A DNA stretch of 64,000 nt from a virus, in the IMG/VR virus record IMGVR_UViG_3300031965_000007, positions 1 through 64,000 of that record; one strand, written 5' to 3'. The position numbers and the translations under genes are program-made. Under the pieces are notes generated by a model. It was not told the origin of the DNA, searched no databases, and saw only the letters and a program-made list of their open reading frames with translations. Positions 26,943 through 39,369 of the stretch are shown one piece after another. The stretch's first letter is position 1, and every line of letters begins with the position of its first letter.

Positions 26943-29900
26943 AGGAGCGGGTGGCATGCAGAAGAGGACCAAGCATCTGATCAAGCAGCACCAGGACAAC
27001 CAGAAGAAGGTGATCGTCGAGTACAAGAGACGACGACCTCTCGAGCCGCTGAAGGAGGCATCCAGATGAGTGCTGCGTCGCAAGCAGAAGAGCAAGAGCG
27101 CAAGGCGGTAGACGCGTTACGGCGAGCCGGCACCCTTGAGACAGAGAACGTTCGTCTGCGCACCAGACTCTCGCGGGCAGAGACCAGAATCCGTCAGCTT
27201 GAAGAGGAACTAGTGGACAAGGACGTAGAGATCAGCAATCTTCGTGCCCATGCCAAAGAAGCCTTTTCCCAGGATGGGCCGTAACGAGCTTCACCACTGC
27301 TGCAAGACCTTGCGCGAACAGGTCTTGCAGGTTGCCGAAGACCTGCAACGAGGTGCTTTTGTAGGCGCTGCCGACAGGCTTCTGGCTGCGATCAAAGAGT
27401 CAGAGGAGTGCCCACCGCAGAAGGTGACGGTTCATTCGGAAAGGGGAGGGACGTGCAGCAAGTAGATCACACACGCGCCACGGTCGGGGACGAGGTTCGG
27501 ATCACAATCGCAGGTAGGCACTTTGCCGGCGAAGTCGTTGCGGTAGAAGGGCCTGGTCTCGCAATGATCGAGCTTACGCAAGGAGACAAGCTCGTAGGAC
27601 CTGTCACCTACAACTTCGGTAGGTACGTCGATGACGACGCGACTGCTGTGCTCGAGCGGCGCAAAGAAGTCCAGGAGTGCGGTCCTTTGCGCCGTTGGTA
27701 CGAAGAGTTCAAGGGCTTGAACTTTTGGCTCGAAGAAGATCCGAATGAGTACGGGTCTGTTTCGATCAGCGGAAGCATGAGTGGCAAGGTTCTGGCGTCG
27801 TTCTTGGAGTGGGTTGCCCAAACCAAGCGCGAGGCCGAACGTGAAGGAGGTCTGCTCGATCAGTGCGAGCGTGACTACGTGAATCGAGAAGAGGAGGATC
27901 AGGATGAAGAAGTTGAAGAAGGCAGCCCGCAAAGTGCGTAACGCCGAAGGCGACGCGTGGTTTGCGGCTGTTCTTAGCGCTTTGCACGGCGGTGCATCGT
28001 CGGAGGTCGCGGTAACTCGCGCTGACGCCGTCATCGCTTCGATGAAGGACAGGTATGGCGAGTCGATCGCCAGTGTGGCCGAAGCGGCCGAGTAAGGAGA
28101 GAAGGACAGCATGGACTACAAGGCATTGCGAAAAGCAGAAGACGCTCTCGACAAAGCGGTCGTGAAGTACGAGGACCAGGAGACTGGTACCAAAGGTCAC
28201 GACCGCGCAGTGCAAGCGGTTGTCGACGCGGCTGTGCAGTGGTCGGCTGCTCGCGAAGCAGAGTGACCTGTACGCAGATGGGCGTGAAGACACCCTGCTA
28301 GCCTTGATCGGTTGGCAGGGTGTTTTGTTGGGAGGGTAAGGGTTATGGCAAAGGGCATAGACAATGTAGAGGATCTGCCTCCAACGTCGTTCCGTAGATC
28401 AGCTGAAGCCGAGGTCTGGGTCAGGGTGGTGTGCTCTTTGCATGAGCACAGCGGTCTCGGCTTGTCTCCTCTAGATGTCGTAGCGCGTGCAGATTCGATC
28501 GTTTCGAAGTTCAGGCAGCGTAACGCGTCGACGCCTCGTCAGCGCGCCCTGCAGCAGGCGAAAGGCAAAGACTATGCCTACTGATCTCAAAGAGCACTTC
28601 GACGCTGGTCCTCTCACAGATCTGCCTGGGCACTGCAAGTGGTGCGGCGGGGTGATACCAGACGGCACTGAGTTCCTCATGCATGATCCTGGGTACGAGC
28701 GGGGCAACGCCGCAGCTGGCGATCCCGTCGCCTTCTGCACAGCTGAGTGCTTGTACAAGGCAGAGCGCATCTTTGACGGCATGACCCAAAGTCAACTGGC
28801 CCAAGTAGAAGCAGCAATCGAGCAGGTACGATCCGAAGACACTACGACGAGGAAGCACTGACATGGACATGAGCATGAAGAAGGCACGCAAGCTGCGAGA
28901 TCCTACGATGCCGTTTCGAGCTTGGGCTCGAAAGCACGTTCGGCGTTCGTTGCTGGCGAATCCCACAGGCAAGCTCGAGCACATCTGCACCGGGCCTCAC
29001 AAGAGCGAATAGGAGCGCGTATGATCTATCAAGAGCACAACGGCATGGAACACCCAGAGCCGGCACCGACCGAAGGGCAGGCAAGGATCCAGCAGTATGG
29101 CAAGCTGCTTGAGATCCGATTCAAAGCAGGCACGACGGACATGTGGATCCAGATGGACGCAGATGCCGTACGATTGGCCCTCTCGCCGGCGTGTTGCTCG
29201 CACGAGACGGATGTGCTGGTGCACGCGGTACGCGGGATGGAAGAAGTCCCAGCCTACAATCCCCCGATATCGAGACGATGAGCTGCATCTACGCCGCAGA
29301 GGTGCACCTGGTTCGCATAGAGTGTGACGAGCCGGGGTGCAACGCGTTCATCAAGCCACACCCCGAGATCTCCCGGTCTGGTTGGTCTAAGAAGGGCGTG
29401 ATCTGGGCAAATGGAGATCAGCTCGAGTGGTACTACTGCCCGGCACACCGGCACACGGAGAACGACGATGGATGAACAATCATGCAAAGACGCTGCGGCA
29501 AGGTTCAGGTCAGCGGGCTGGAACGTAAGGGCTGTTCGGACCAGGTACAGCTGGAACCTAGCCGCGATCACAAAGGAAGATCGGCAGATCTTCTCCGACA
29601 CCGAGAGCGACGTCACACGCTGGATTGCTGGCGACATGATCGCCCGCTTGGCTCAGTCGACGGCTAGCGACATCTCGTACTTGGCAGGCTATGCAGACGC
29701 CACAAAGGACGTGGTTCGGTATCTGCGCTCTGCCGACGTGATTGATTCAGGGATCACAGCCAGCCAGTTCGCGCAACTCGTTGCCTCTCGTATCGAGAGC
29801 GGCGTACACCGACCGACGATCCTTGCCGCGGCCGAACACGATGGCTGAACCGCTATCACCGTACCAGAAGATCATTCGAGCGATGCGAGGTGCGCGCGGG

Positions 29901-32675
29901 CTGACTCTTACGCGAGAGGAGGTCCTTCAGCTCTCGATGGACGACGCGATCGAATCCTTAGCTGACAACGATTGCGCTGATCAAGGGAGGTGCAACCGCT
30001 GCTACCGACTTTTCGGTCTGTCCAAGAATCGATGCAAGTGCAAAGTACGAGGAGAATAGATCATGAAGCTTTGGGCGAAAACAGAAGAGTTCAGCGAAGG
30101 CAAGTTCTTGGTGGTGCGCAGAGATGGTACGATCCCTGCCTGGCCGCACTTCGTGATGGGTGCGCGAGATCCTGCCGTACCACCTGCACTTCGCGCGTAC
30201 GCAGACGCTGCGAGCGACTTGGGTTACGATCTGGAGTACGTGCAGAGCATACGAGATCTTGCAGACGACTTTGACAGGTACAGGGAGCAGGAAGGCGCAG
30301 GTGACGCCGACGCGGCCCCGCATCGAGAAGATGCGCAAGACGTCATTGACGCCATGAGAAGCGTTCGCAAGAACCAACTGATCTGCACTTCCATCAAAGT
30401 TCGCACTTCGCGTAACGAAGGAAAGTAGCCGCGATCAAATGACGGTCAAGGCAACTTTCCGCGTCGTGCACTTCACAAAGTGTGATCGGTACGTCGCAAT
30501 GGCATGGAACTATGACGAAGCGGTTCTGATCAGCACCGTTCCGCACCCAACCTACACCGAGGCGAGGCAAGACTTGCAGGAGACCGCTGCTTCTCTTGGT
30601 GTTGAACTTCAGTGGTTCGACGGCTCGTACAGGTGCGGTGGCGAGGGCTACCCGATCCTCAGCATTGCGAGCGAGTTGGCTTGAAAGGCAGAAGTGATGC
30701 GAGAACAGGCTTGGACAAGCAAAGGCAAGTGGGTCGGAGAAGGTGATCCGCCACCAGCCTCTCCTGCTCTTTCGGTTCCGCACGAACCGTGCGAGATCGA
30801 GAGGTGCGGCGTCTTCGTATGCGCTTGGTGTCAGCGCGCAGTACCTTGGTGCTTCGGCGCATCGAGCGGAGACGACTTCGAAGATCTGCTCTGCAACGAC
30901 TGCTGGTGTGATCGGTACCCTACACCAACCGAGCAAGACGCGGCGTTGGCACGAGGCTGAAACCCGTGACTGATCCAACGCGCTTCCACGTCTACCCGCT
31001 CTACGATGCAGAAGATGCAGAGCACGAGCAGGAGAACCGATCCAAGCCGCAAGTCTTCGCACGCGAGGACGCATGCTGGCTATGCCAGCAAGGTCTGTGC
31101 ACGCAGATCCTTGTGGATGAGAACCTAGTCGTTCACGGATTACTACCAACCTGAAGGGATTCACACCATGAAGCAGAAGATCATTATGAACGGGACACTG
31201 CGCGGCGAAGCTGTGACTGCTGAGATCCTAGACCTCGCAGAGTTCGTCAACAGCCAGCCGAGCGCTCCCATCTTCGTCACGTTCACCGAAGGAAACTCGC
31301 TCGCGCAGGTACGGAAGGAGGAGATCTCGTGGTCGCATGTCACGACGTGGCCCTACGTCGACGACGCTGAGGTCGGGCACATCGACCAGGTCTACGATCA
31401 GTACGAAGTCACTCAAGACGGCACGACTGCCTTGATCCCTAAGCTGACGCGTAGGATGCTGGAGTCTGCTGACAAGGTGGTCGGCGTGCGAAACGGTAAC
31501 CGGTACACCTTGAAGGATCGCAACGGCAAGGTAGGCCAATGAGCGCGAAGTTCGATTGTCAGATTGAGGTCGTTCTGCGCGTGGAGCCGTCTCTACTGGA
31601 TCGTGCCTTGACGCCAGAGTGGCAGGACTCCTTCTACACGTTCGAGGACAGAGAGGCAGTGGCAGCGCACCTGGCCTACAACTTGGTACAAGGTCGATCG
31701 CTATCTTCGCTGGATGGCTGGGCCGACTGCGAGGACTCCGCCGCAACGGTTGAGATCCTGGATGCCACGGCATGGGACTGCGCGAAGCAGTCGGGAGGTT
31801 GACCGCATGATCAAAGATCAAATGGGCGACTACTTGGAAGTTGAGATCGTTGTTCGCATGAGGAACTCGGCCAGCAAAGTCATCGGAACGACAAAGACCG
31901 TCCTTCGATCAGACAAGTCGGCAACATCAATTCAACGATCTCAGATCTCGCACACCTTGACAGCGCTGGTGCGCAAAGAGCTGAAAGATCGCGAAGACGG
32001 AAAAGACGGCGAGATCGACTCTCTCGTGAATACGGGTCGCGTCAGTAGCCGCTTACCAGAGTTGGTCAGCGATCAGCGAGAACCGTCTTCGCACACTGAT
32101 TGGCGGCATAAACTCGCTGAGAGAGCAAACCTCGCACAAACCCTTCTCGACCGCGCCAAGGTGCTGCTGAACCAAGCAGACGGCATGTCTGCAGTGAACG
32201 GCGAATACCAAGAAGAGTGGGAGCAGAACAGGGCGGCGTGGCTCAACGATCTCTCGGTCTATGCTGGTTTTCGCCTAGCAGAATCACGCGGGTATGAGCC
32301 GCTGAGCCGAAAGACCTTCGGCAAGGTGCTAGACAACATCAAAGATGCGTTCAGGCGTGCGGATCGAGATGAGCAGCGCGATTGGCTCGAAGCCGTCAAC
32401 AGCATGCTGAACACGCTCGACCACAACGATTTCTTTGGCTCTGAAGGGCAGTGCGATCCGCGCGGTGACCGCCGTTCGATGGATACTCGCGATTTCGACG
32501 ACGCATGAAGGAAAAGCATGGCACAGGTGTTTTGGCGGATCATGTGCTGGTTAGGTCGCCATCGTGAAGACGTCGCAGGACTCCAAAGCGACGGGCGCGG
32601 AATCCTGATCTGCCGGCACTGCGGCAAACGCCGCGTGACACACGATGTGGCTTGGTTCGACTAAAGGAGCGCAAG

Positions 32676-33062
32676 ATGAAACAGCCTGTTGAAGTAGTTT
32701 GTGCCTTGATCCAAGACTTTCACCGAACCAGCGTATTCCTAGCGAAGAGGTCTTCGTCTTCGCTTCGACCTGATCTCTGGGAGTTCCCAGGCGGCAAGGT
32801 CGAGGAAGGCGAGCCACACGAGCAGGCTCTGCAGCGCGAGCTTGGTGGGAAACTACAAGTCGAATCCACGATTGGTAAGCCGATCACTACCGTATCTATC
32901 GATTTCGAAGTCTCGGCCAGAATCAGTCTCTACGACGTGCGGATCTGGCAAACTCCTCGCGTTACGGCGTTAGATTGGGCGGTCAAGCACATGCCGTTGG
33001 TGCCGAGCTGCTACCTCTTTTACCGACAGGCAGCTCTCTGGCTCGCAACAGACGGAGCGTGA
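32676..33062 (+). CDS. Nudix (MutT-like) protein with degenerate Nudix box
   Basis: WEFPGGKVEEGEPHEQALQRELGGKL (GG/K in place of xEE). Confidence 0.75.
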   Translation: MKQPVEVVCALIQDFHRTSVFLAKRSSSSLRPDLWEFPGGKVEEGEPHEQALQRELGGKLQVESTIGKPITTVSIDFEVSARISLYDVRIWQTPRVTALDWAVKHMPLVPSCYLFYRQAALWLATDGA

Positions 33063-33504
33063 AGTGTGGATCAAGACCGTCAAAGACCTCATGTTCGCAC
33101 TGCGCATGGGTAACTATGCGTGGCCAGGAGGCTACCCACTTTTCTTCCTCACAGCAGACCGCGGCGCGCTCCACCCGAACACGGTTCGATCAGAGCTTTG
33201 GCAGATCGCTCGCGCCGTCCGAGACAAGGACAACGCGCAGTGGCGAGTGATCGCGTGCGACGTCAACTGGGAAGACTCAGAACTGTACGACGCGCACACA
33301 AATGAGAAGATCGAGGCGGCGTACGCGTAGCCCCCGAAAACCTCTACGCCAGATCAAAAACCACCCACCCAGCACCACACGCCGTTTGTGCGTTTCAGAA
33401 CGCATAAGGTGCAGAGGGAGAAGGGATAGGGACAAGAACGAAGAAGTGCGCTAGGCTATCCGCTACACCTGTTGATCCTATCGGCTGCCAAGGCGGAAGA
33501 AGCG

Positions 33505-34251
33505 ATGGCCAGACGCAAATATACGAAAGAGCTGTATGATCGCCTCGTGCAAGGGTTCAGGGAGGCCCCAAATAATTTTTCGCACGCCTCCCGGATCGCT
33601 GGATGTGATCGCAGAGCTGCTCAACGCGCATACGAACTTGGATGGCCTGCGCGATCATGGGCCATACCCATCAAAGACTACCTCGCTGCGGAGAAGGAGA
33701 GGATCCGTGCCGAGCGCCAAAAGCAGCTTGAAGCCCAGCGCGAGAGCGAGTCTGAGATGCGCGAGAAGGCCCAGACTGATGCAATCGCTGCCCAAACGCA
33801 AGAGGCAGCCGGTTCTGCCCAGGCACGCGCCAACGCGCTAGCTCTCGCAGGCGTTATCGGGCGCATCGCAGTGGCGTGCGTCCCACTCTCTGATCGCATC
33901 GCAAAAGCACTCCGCGAAGACATCTCGATGACGCCGCAACAGGCGCTCAAACTCTTCAGCTCCATGGCCTACGTGGTGCGGCAAGGGAACGAGACACTGA
34001 AGCTCGCTCTCGAGATCGAGCGACTGCGGGTAGGCGAGCCCACATCGATCTTCAGGCTCCAGGCAGACGAGATGACGGTAGATGACGTCGCGGATTCCCT
34101 CTCGCACCTTCACCGAACGCTCCAGCGCGCTGTGGCGCGCGGCGAATCCATGGAAACTCTTGAGCAGGCGTTGGAGCACATTCCCGGCAACGACGAGGAT
34201 GAAGACGACGTTGAGGATGACGAAGAAGAGGACGCCGAGGAGCTGCACTAA
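33505..34251 (+). CDS. terminase small subunit (putative)
   Basis: N-terminal HTH-like region, helical body, TAATG-coupled to TerL. Confidence 0.6.
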   Translation: MARRKYTKELYDRLVQGFREAPNNFSHASRIAGCDRRAAQRAYELGWPARSWAIPIKDYLAAEKERIRAERQKQLEAQRESESEMREKAQTDAIAAQTQEAAGSAQARANALALAGVIGRIAVACVPLSDRIAKALREDISMTPQQALKLFSSMAYVVRQGNETLKLALEIERLRVGEPTSIFRLQADEMTVDDVADSLSHLHRTLQRAVARGESMETLEQALEHIPGNDEDEDDVEDDEEEDAEELH

Positions 34252-35780
34252 TGCCCGCCGTGGATCGTGCAGAACTGCAGGCGATGCGCGAAGACCTTGC
34301 GCGCTGGGTGGTTTCGAATCCGCGTGTGGCCCGGAAGGTGGCGCGAGAGTACCGCGATTTGCGTATTCGCGTTGCGCGTATCGACCCGAATGAGTTCGTC
34401 GAGTTCGTGATCAAGGACGAGAAGACTGGCGGTGCTGTATACCAGGAACCGATCCACGAAGAGTTCCAGAGACTGGCAGACGAATACGACCGCTTGATCC
34501 TCTGGGCGCATGTCGAAGGTGGCAAGACCACGCAGCTCGGAATCGGGCGCACTCTGTGGCTCCTCGGCAGAGATCCGAACATGCGCATTGGCGTCGTCTC
34601 CAGCTCCGCCAGAAACCAGGCGTCGAAGATCACCGAGACGCTGAAAAACTACATCGAGAAGTCGCCGCAGCTTCACGCCGTTTTTCCACACCTGCGCCCT
34701 GGCCGAATGTGGACCTCGAGCGCGTTCACAGTCGACCGTACCGTGTTGTCGAAAGATCCGACGGTGCAGAGCACTTCACTCGAGACGTCGTCGCTGACTG
34801 GTTCGCGTATCGACCACTTTTTGATCGACGACATCCTGACGTTCGACAACACCCGCACGCAGGAGCAGCGAGAGCGCGTTCTGCAGTGGCTCATGTCGTC
34901 GACGATCATGGGTCGTGTTGAAGCAGCCGGGCGCGTGATCTTCCTCGGCAACGCCTTCCACCCAGAAGACGCTATGCATAAGCTGGCGCAGAATCTTGGG
35001 TGGCACTTCGCGAAGTTCCCTGTCTACGACGATCGAGGTGAGCCCGCATGGCCTGCCCGCTGGCCGCGAGAACGTATCGAGAAGCGCCGCAGCGAGATCC
35101 ATCCAGACGAGTTCGCGCGGCAGCTCCTCTGCCTGGCGCGCGATGACTCCTCGGGCAGGTTCAAACGAGAGTGGATCCACAAGTGCATGGACCGCGGCGT
35201 GGGGAAGAAGTTCGCGAATGCGCTCAATGCGCTGCCGCCTGGCTACGCGGTCTACACTGGCGTCGATCTTGCAGTAGGCAAGAAGAAGACGTCGGCCCTC
35301 ACCTGCCTCTTTACGATCGTGGTGCACCCAAACGGTGACCGAGAGGTTGTGGCACCGCCGGATACTGGCCGATGGGCAGGTAACGAGATCGTCAGCCGCA
35401 TCATTGACACCCACAACCGCTTCAACTCGATCGTGTATGTCGAGAACAACGGTGTGCAGCAGTACATCGTCGACTTCACGAAGGATCAGTCCGCTGTTCC
35501 GTGCAAGCCGCTCTTCACAGGCAAGAACAAGACGCACCCAGAGTTCGGCATCGAGGGCATGGCCACAGAGATGTCGAATGGCAAGTGGATCATTCCGTCG
35601 TACGGCGACCATCGCTCCCACCCGGAGATCATGGCATGGGCAGACGAGCTGGTTTACTACGACCCTCGAGCCCACGCAGGCGACCGTTTGATGGCAAGCT
35701 GGATCGCGCGGCAAGGAGCGAAGGAGTGGGAGAAGCGCCCGAAGATGCGGACAGGGCGTCTCGATCTCTTGGTGCGCTGA
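34251..35780 (+). CDS. terminase large subunit
   Basis: HVEGGKTT Walker A, LIDD Walker B, GVDLA and DRLMA RNase H-like nuclease motifs. Confidence 0.92.
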   Translation: MPAVDRAELQAMREDLARWVVSNPRVARKVAREYRDLRIRVARIDPNEFVEFVIKDEKTGGAVYQEPIHEEFQRLADEYDRLILWAHVEGGKTTQLGIGRTLWLLGRDPNMRIGVVSSSARNQASKITETLKNYIEKSPQLHAVFPHLRPGRMWTSSAFTVDRTVLSKDPTVQSTSLETSSLTGSRIDHFLIDDILTFDNTRTQEQRERVLQWLMSSTIMGRVEAAGRVIFLGNAFHPEDAMHKLAQNLGWHFAKFPVYDDRGEPAWPARWPRERIEKRRSEIHPDEFARQLLCLARDDSSGRFKREWIHKCMDRGVGKKFANALNALPPGYAVYTGVDLAVGKKKTSALTCLFTIVVHPNGDREVVAPPDTGRWAGNEIVSRIIDTHNRFNSIVYVENNGVQQYIVDFTKDQSAVPCKPLFTGKNKTHPEFGIEGMATEMSNGKWIIPSYGDHRSHPEIMAWADELVYYDPRAHAGDRLMASWIARQGAKEWEKRPKMRTGRLDLLVR

Positions 35781-37062
35781 TTTTCTCTGCGACCGCGAAT
35801 ATCGAGGAGGCCGCACAAGACTACTTTTCGCAGGATCGCGATTCCGCCGCGCCCTACCAGCCAGAGAGGTTGTCCCGAAGTTTAGCGGCGTCAGGGTCTC
35901 GGGTATGGGCTATGCGATGAACCGCACCTTTCTGCCGCTTCGGTGCGTGGAGCAGACACGACTGTCGCGATCCTGCGAACCTTTCGCCTAAGGAGATCAC
36001 CTATGCAAGTCGAGTGGACACGAGAAAGGCCTGCGTCACCTGGCCACTACTGGAAGTACGGCGTCAAGATCGAGCTTGTTCGCGTTGTGGCTGAGAAAGG
36101 GACCTTGCTCGGTCTTGACGGTGACGCCGTTGTGCCGATCAATGAGTACGCCAGTCACGTGCTGTGGGCGCCTGCGGTCCTGCCTGATCCGCCTGTTCGT
36201 AAGGAGGTGCCGCGATGATTTGGTCTGACGGCAAGAAGTACCGCTGTGACCAGTGCCAGAGTAGTTGGCCGCCGCGCCAGCGTTACCTCGTCTGGCCGAT
36301 CCGTGTGTCGTGGCGACCTAGGAGTGGGCAGCAGAAGTTCTTCTCGGCGCATGGTGTAGAGATCGGCTCTGGCGTCATGCCAGGTCAGCGCGTTGAGGAG
36401 ATCTACTTCAAGCGCGTGGTCAGGGTCGGCCCTGTCGTCGTTGTCCTTGGGGACGTAGGATGAGGAAGCACTTGTGGAACGTCGCCTACGTTTACTTCGT
36501 AGGCGGTTCGATCGCTGTCTGGTACGTTGTTCAGGTTGCCATTGATCGCGAGACGGCAAAGAACGGAGCCGACTTCATCGAGAAGATCGCTCGATACGTG
36601 GGGCCGCTATGAAAGTGGTCTGTTCTATGCCAGGCTGCCCGAACGAGAAGGCGGCAACATGCTGGATCGAGAAATGCGCGCGGTCGTTGTGCCAAGAGCA
36701 CTCAATGTCGCATGGCGTCATGGTCGTTTGCCCAGAACACATCTTCCGGATCAGGCAGGCAGCGAGTGACAGTTTGCTACCACCAGAAGACGAGGAAGAA
36801 GACGATGCGAAGGTCGTGCAGAACTGGACGCCGCAGCAGAGACGTCGTCTGCACGCACGGCTCGACAACATGCTCGAGAGCGGCGACCGCATTTTCTTGA
36901 TCGCCTTAGGGCGGAACAAAGACCACACCGAGATCATGCTCGAACGCATGATTGGCAGGTTCCAGCGAACAACGCCGATCGAGATGCTAGGCGCGTTGAC
37001 CCGCGCCTTGCACGACTACCAGAAAGACCTCGACGCGGATTCTGTTGTGGAGGAGATTCCGG

Positions 37063-38163
37063 ATGAAGACTGATCAGCAGATGGAGCCAACACTTCTCGA
37101 CGCACTTGAGACGGCGCTCGGGTTGATCTCGAACGCGTTCGAAGGTGACTGGGAGAAGGCGCCTCCCAACTGGCGCGCTGCGGCTGAGAGATGGCGAGAC
37201 GACTTCATTCGTATCTGTCGCAACGAACCGAACACGGATAGGCTCGGCATCTTGCCGCTGTTCTTCGAAGGTGGGTCTTCGCTCATCTGTGCCAGCATTG
37301 GTGCAGCACCTACCGGCATGCCAGAGAACATCGCTCTGCAGCATACCGACGACAACGGGAAGAAGACGATCACCTTCTTCAAGCCTGTCGAGACGAAGAC
37401 CCAGTATGGTGGTATTCGGCGTTTCCGCGTGGTGCGCGCAGAGCAGACCGGGCAGATACCTAGAATGGTGGCTCAAGGCGTGGTCTTCAGCGATGGCGCT
37501 GTCTCGCTCCACTGGTGCTCGGAGGTTCGATCGACAACAGCCTACGACAGCCTAGAGAACTTCGAGAAGATCCACTTGCACGACGGTACGAACCTGGAGT
37601 GGGAGGACAGGATCTGTTTTTCGTGCGGAGCCACCTTCTTTCGCGATCAACCAACCACCAACAACTGGTGCAGTGCGTGTGGTGCGGATGGCGGTAAGGA
37701 TCCGTACTACGGAACACGCCCCGACCCAAGTCTCGGTAGGTGGTCGAAGGCGATCACTCTCAACACCGTGCTAGAACAGAAGGAGACCAGTATGAGCAAA
37801 CCGCGAGAGATCACGCAGCACCACACGAATGAAGCGAACAAGCGAATCAAGATTCTCGCCGACGAGCGTGACTCAAACAACGGCTGCACTTCTCACCGCT
37901 ACGACATGCTCATCGACGACACAGGCGAGATTGTCGAGCTGCCGTTTCAGCACGGGCCGATCGCAGAGGTTGGCGTCAATGGCGTGACCAACGAAGCCCT
38001 GCTCGCCATTCTCATCGATCGCATGGAAGGATTCCAGACCTCGCCATTCGCATGCCTGGAGAATGGCGAAGCTCTGATCGCTCTGCAAGACGCGCTCGCG
38101 TGGCTCGAGCGTCGCACCAAGGCGCGTGAAGCGCGAGGCGTAGAAGGGACGCACACGGTATGA
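37063..38163 (+). CDS. multidomain protein with C-terminal Tad1-like domain; internal start at 37792
   Basis: C-terminal FQHGP..GVNGVTNEALLAILIDRMEGFQTSPFACLEN..AL..L..AL.WL.RR...R..RGVEGT; AAGGAG RBS before in-frame ATG 37792. Confidence 0.8.
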   Translation: MKTDQQMEPTLLDALETALGLISNAFEGDWEKAPPNWRAAAERWRDDFIRICRNEPNTDRLGILPLFFEGGSSLICASIGAAPTGMPENIALQHTDDNGKKTITFFKPVETKTQYGGIRRFRVVRAEQTGQIPRMVAQGVVFSDGAVSLHWCSEVRSTTAYDSLENFEKIHLHDGTNLEWEDRICFSCGATFFRDQPTTNNWCSACGADGGKDPYYGTRPDPSLGRWSKAITLNTVLEQKETSMSKPREITQHHTNEANKRIKILADERDSNNGCTSHRYDMLIDDTGEIVELPFQHGPIAEVGVNGVTNEALLAILIDRMEGFQTSPFACLENGEALIALQDALAWLERRTKAREARGVEGTHTV

Positions 38164-38717
38164 CAGCCGTGCACCGATACTTCATCGACTTCGAGTTCGC
38201 AGAGAACGGAGAGACGATCAAGCCCATCTCCTTCGCCTGCGTGCCCGAGCACAGGTACGGTGAGGATCCCGATCCTGACTTCTACTGCGTCTTCTCAGAC
38301 GGCTGGCGCCCGGAGGACTGCAACGACTTCGTGCAGAAGCACGTACTGCCGCAGCTTCGTGCAGACCACACGAACACGGTGCCGCGACAGTTTGCTGCGT
38401 CGTACCTCGAGTCTGTTCTCCTGGACGCAGCTAACCGGCATGGCGCGAAGCTCGAGTTCTGGGGCTATTACTGCGCGTACGACTGGGTTGCGCTCGCGCA
38501 GCTCTTCGGCGAGATGATCAGCCTACCGACCGGCTTTCCTCAGCACTGCATGGACCTGAAGCAGGAGATGGAGAGGTTGGGTCTCACGCGATCTGACTTG
38601 CCTGCGCAGGACACAGGCAACCACAATGCGCTCCACGATGCCATGTGGGTACGGGAAGCGTTTCGAATGCTGCAGGATCGGTACTATCCCGAGCCGCCTG
38701 CAAAGGAGTTACGATGA
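38160..38717 (+). CDS. 3'-5' exoribonuclease (RNase AS / Rv2179c-like DEDDh)
   Basis: YFIDFEF, FVQKHVLP, YYCAYDWV, HNALHDA. Confidence 0.85.
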   Translation: MTAVHRYFIDFEFAENGETIKPISFACVPEHRYGEDPDPDFYCVFSDGWRPEDCNDFVQKHVLPQLRADHTNTVPRQFAASYLESVLLDAANRHGAKLEFWGYYCAYDWVALAQLFGEMISLPTGFPQHCMDLKQEMERLGLTRSDLPAQDTGNHNALHDAMWVREAFRMLQDRYYPEPPAKELR

Positions 38718-39369
38718 CCAGCCATGATCGAAGCATGACACCGCAGGATCTACTCACGACGCACTTCGGGCGACCGGCAGAACCTGCAACACCACTTCCT
38801 CTTGATCTAGGTCCAGAGTCGGTCGACAAAAGGCAAGAGGCGGTTGAGCTGACACTTCGCGCTGCGGCAGAGATGGTGGACGCGGAGCTGCAGAGCGTCA
38901 TCGAGCTGATCGAGAAAACGACTGCGCACGCGAAGCGGCTCGAAGACTACCGAGTCTACCTGATCAAGACGCGCCGAGGGCTGCCGGCAATCGCTGCTGC
39001 CTACGCTGCTGCCTACGACGCGAGCAGCGACTGACGAATCCCTCTTGCCAGGCGCAAACTGTTTGGGCTACCTTCTGCGTGTGAGCTTGTTGGTGGCGTT
39101 CCTGGTTGTCGCATGGCTGCTGCTTTCGGCGGAGGCGCTGAGGGTGAGCACACCTGCCACCAGTCTGTACGACCCTGGCTTGCCAGTCTCTGCGTCGCCA
39201 GTCTCTGCGTCGCCTGACCCTTGGCGACGCAGGGGCGCTGACCTGAGCGCTAGCGTACCTTCTTCCAGATACCGCTTTGCCGCAGTGCCCTTCTTTCGAC
39301 CCACGCCGGACAACCGCGCGCGGGTTGCGCCCGCTTCGCAGTGCTGAAAATCCCCGTGTTGCCCCGCAG

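Larger units (their letters stand above)
25939..33330 (+). other. cluster of about 25 small, tightly coupled hypothetical ORFs (accessory region)
   Basis: Consecutive 40-240 aa plus-strand ORFs with RBSs and ATGA overlaps (e.g. 26264, 26485, 26956, 27066, 27904, 28111, 30063, 30439, 31168, 31539, 33064). Confidence 0.7.

Noticed and set aside
39030-39060. CTGACGA hammerhead-like core
   Set aside because: It is the stop codon of the upstream ORF; no matching GAAA or stems found
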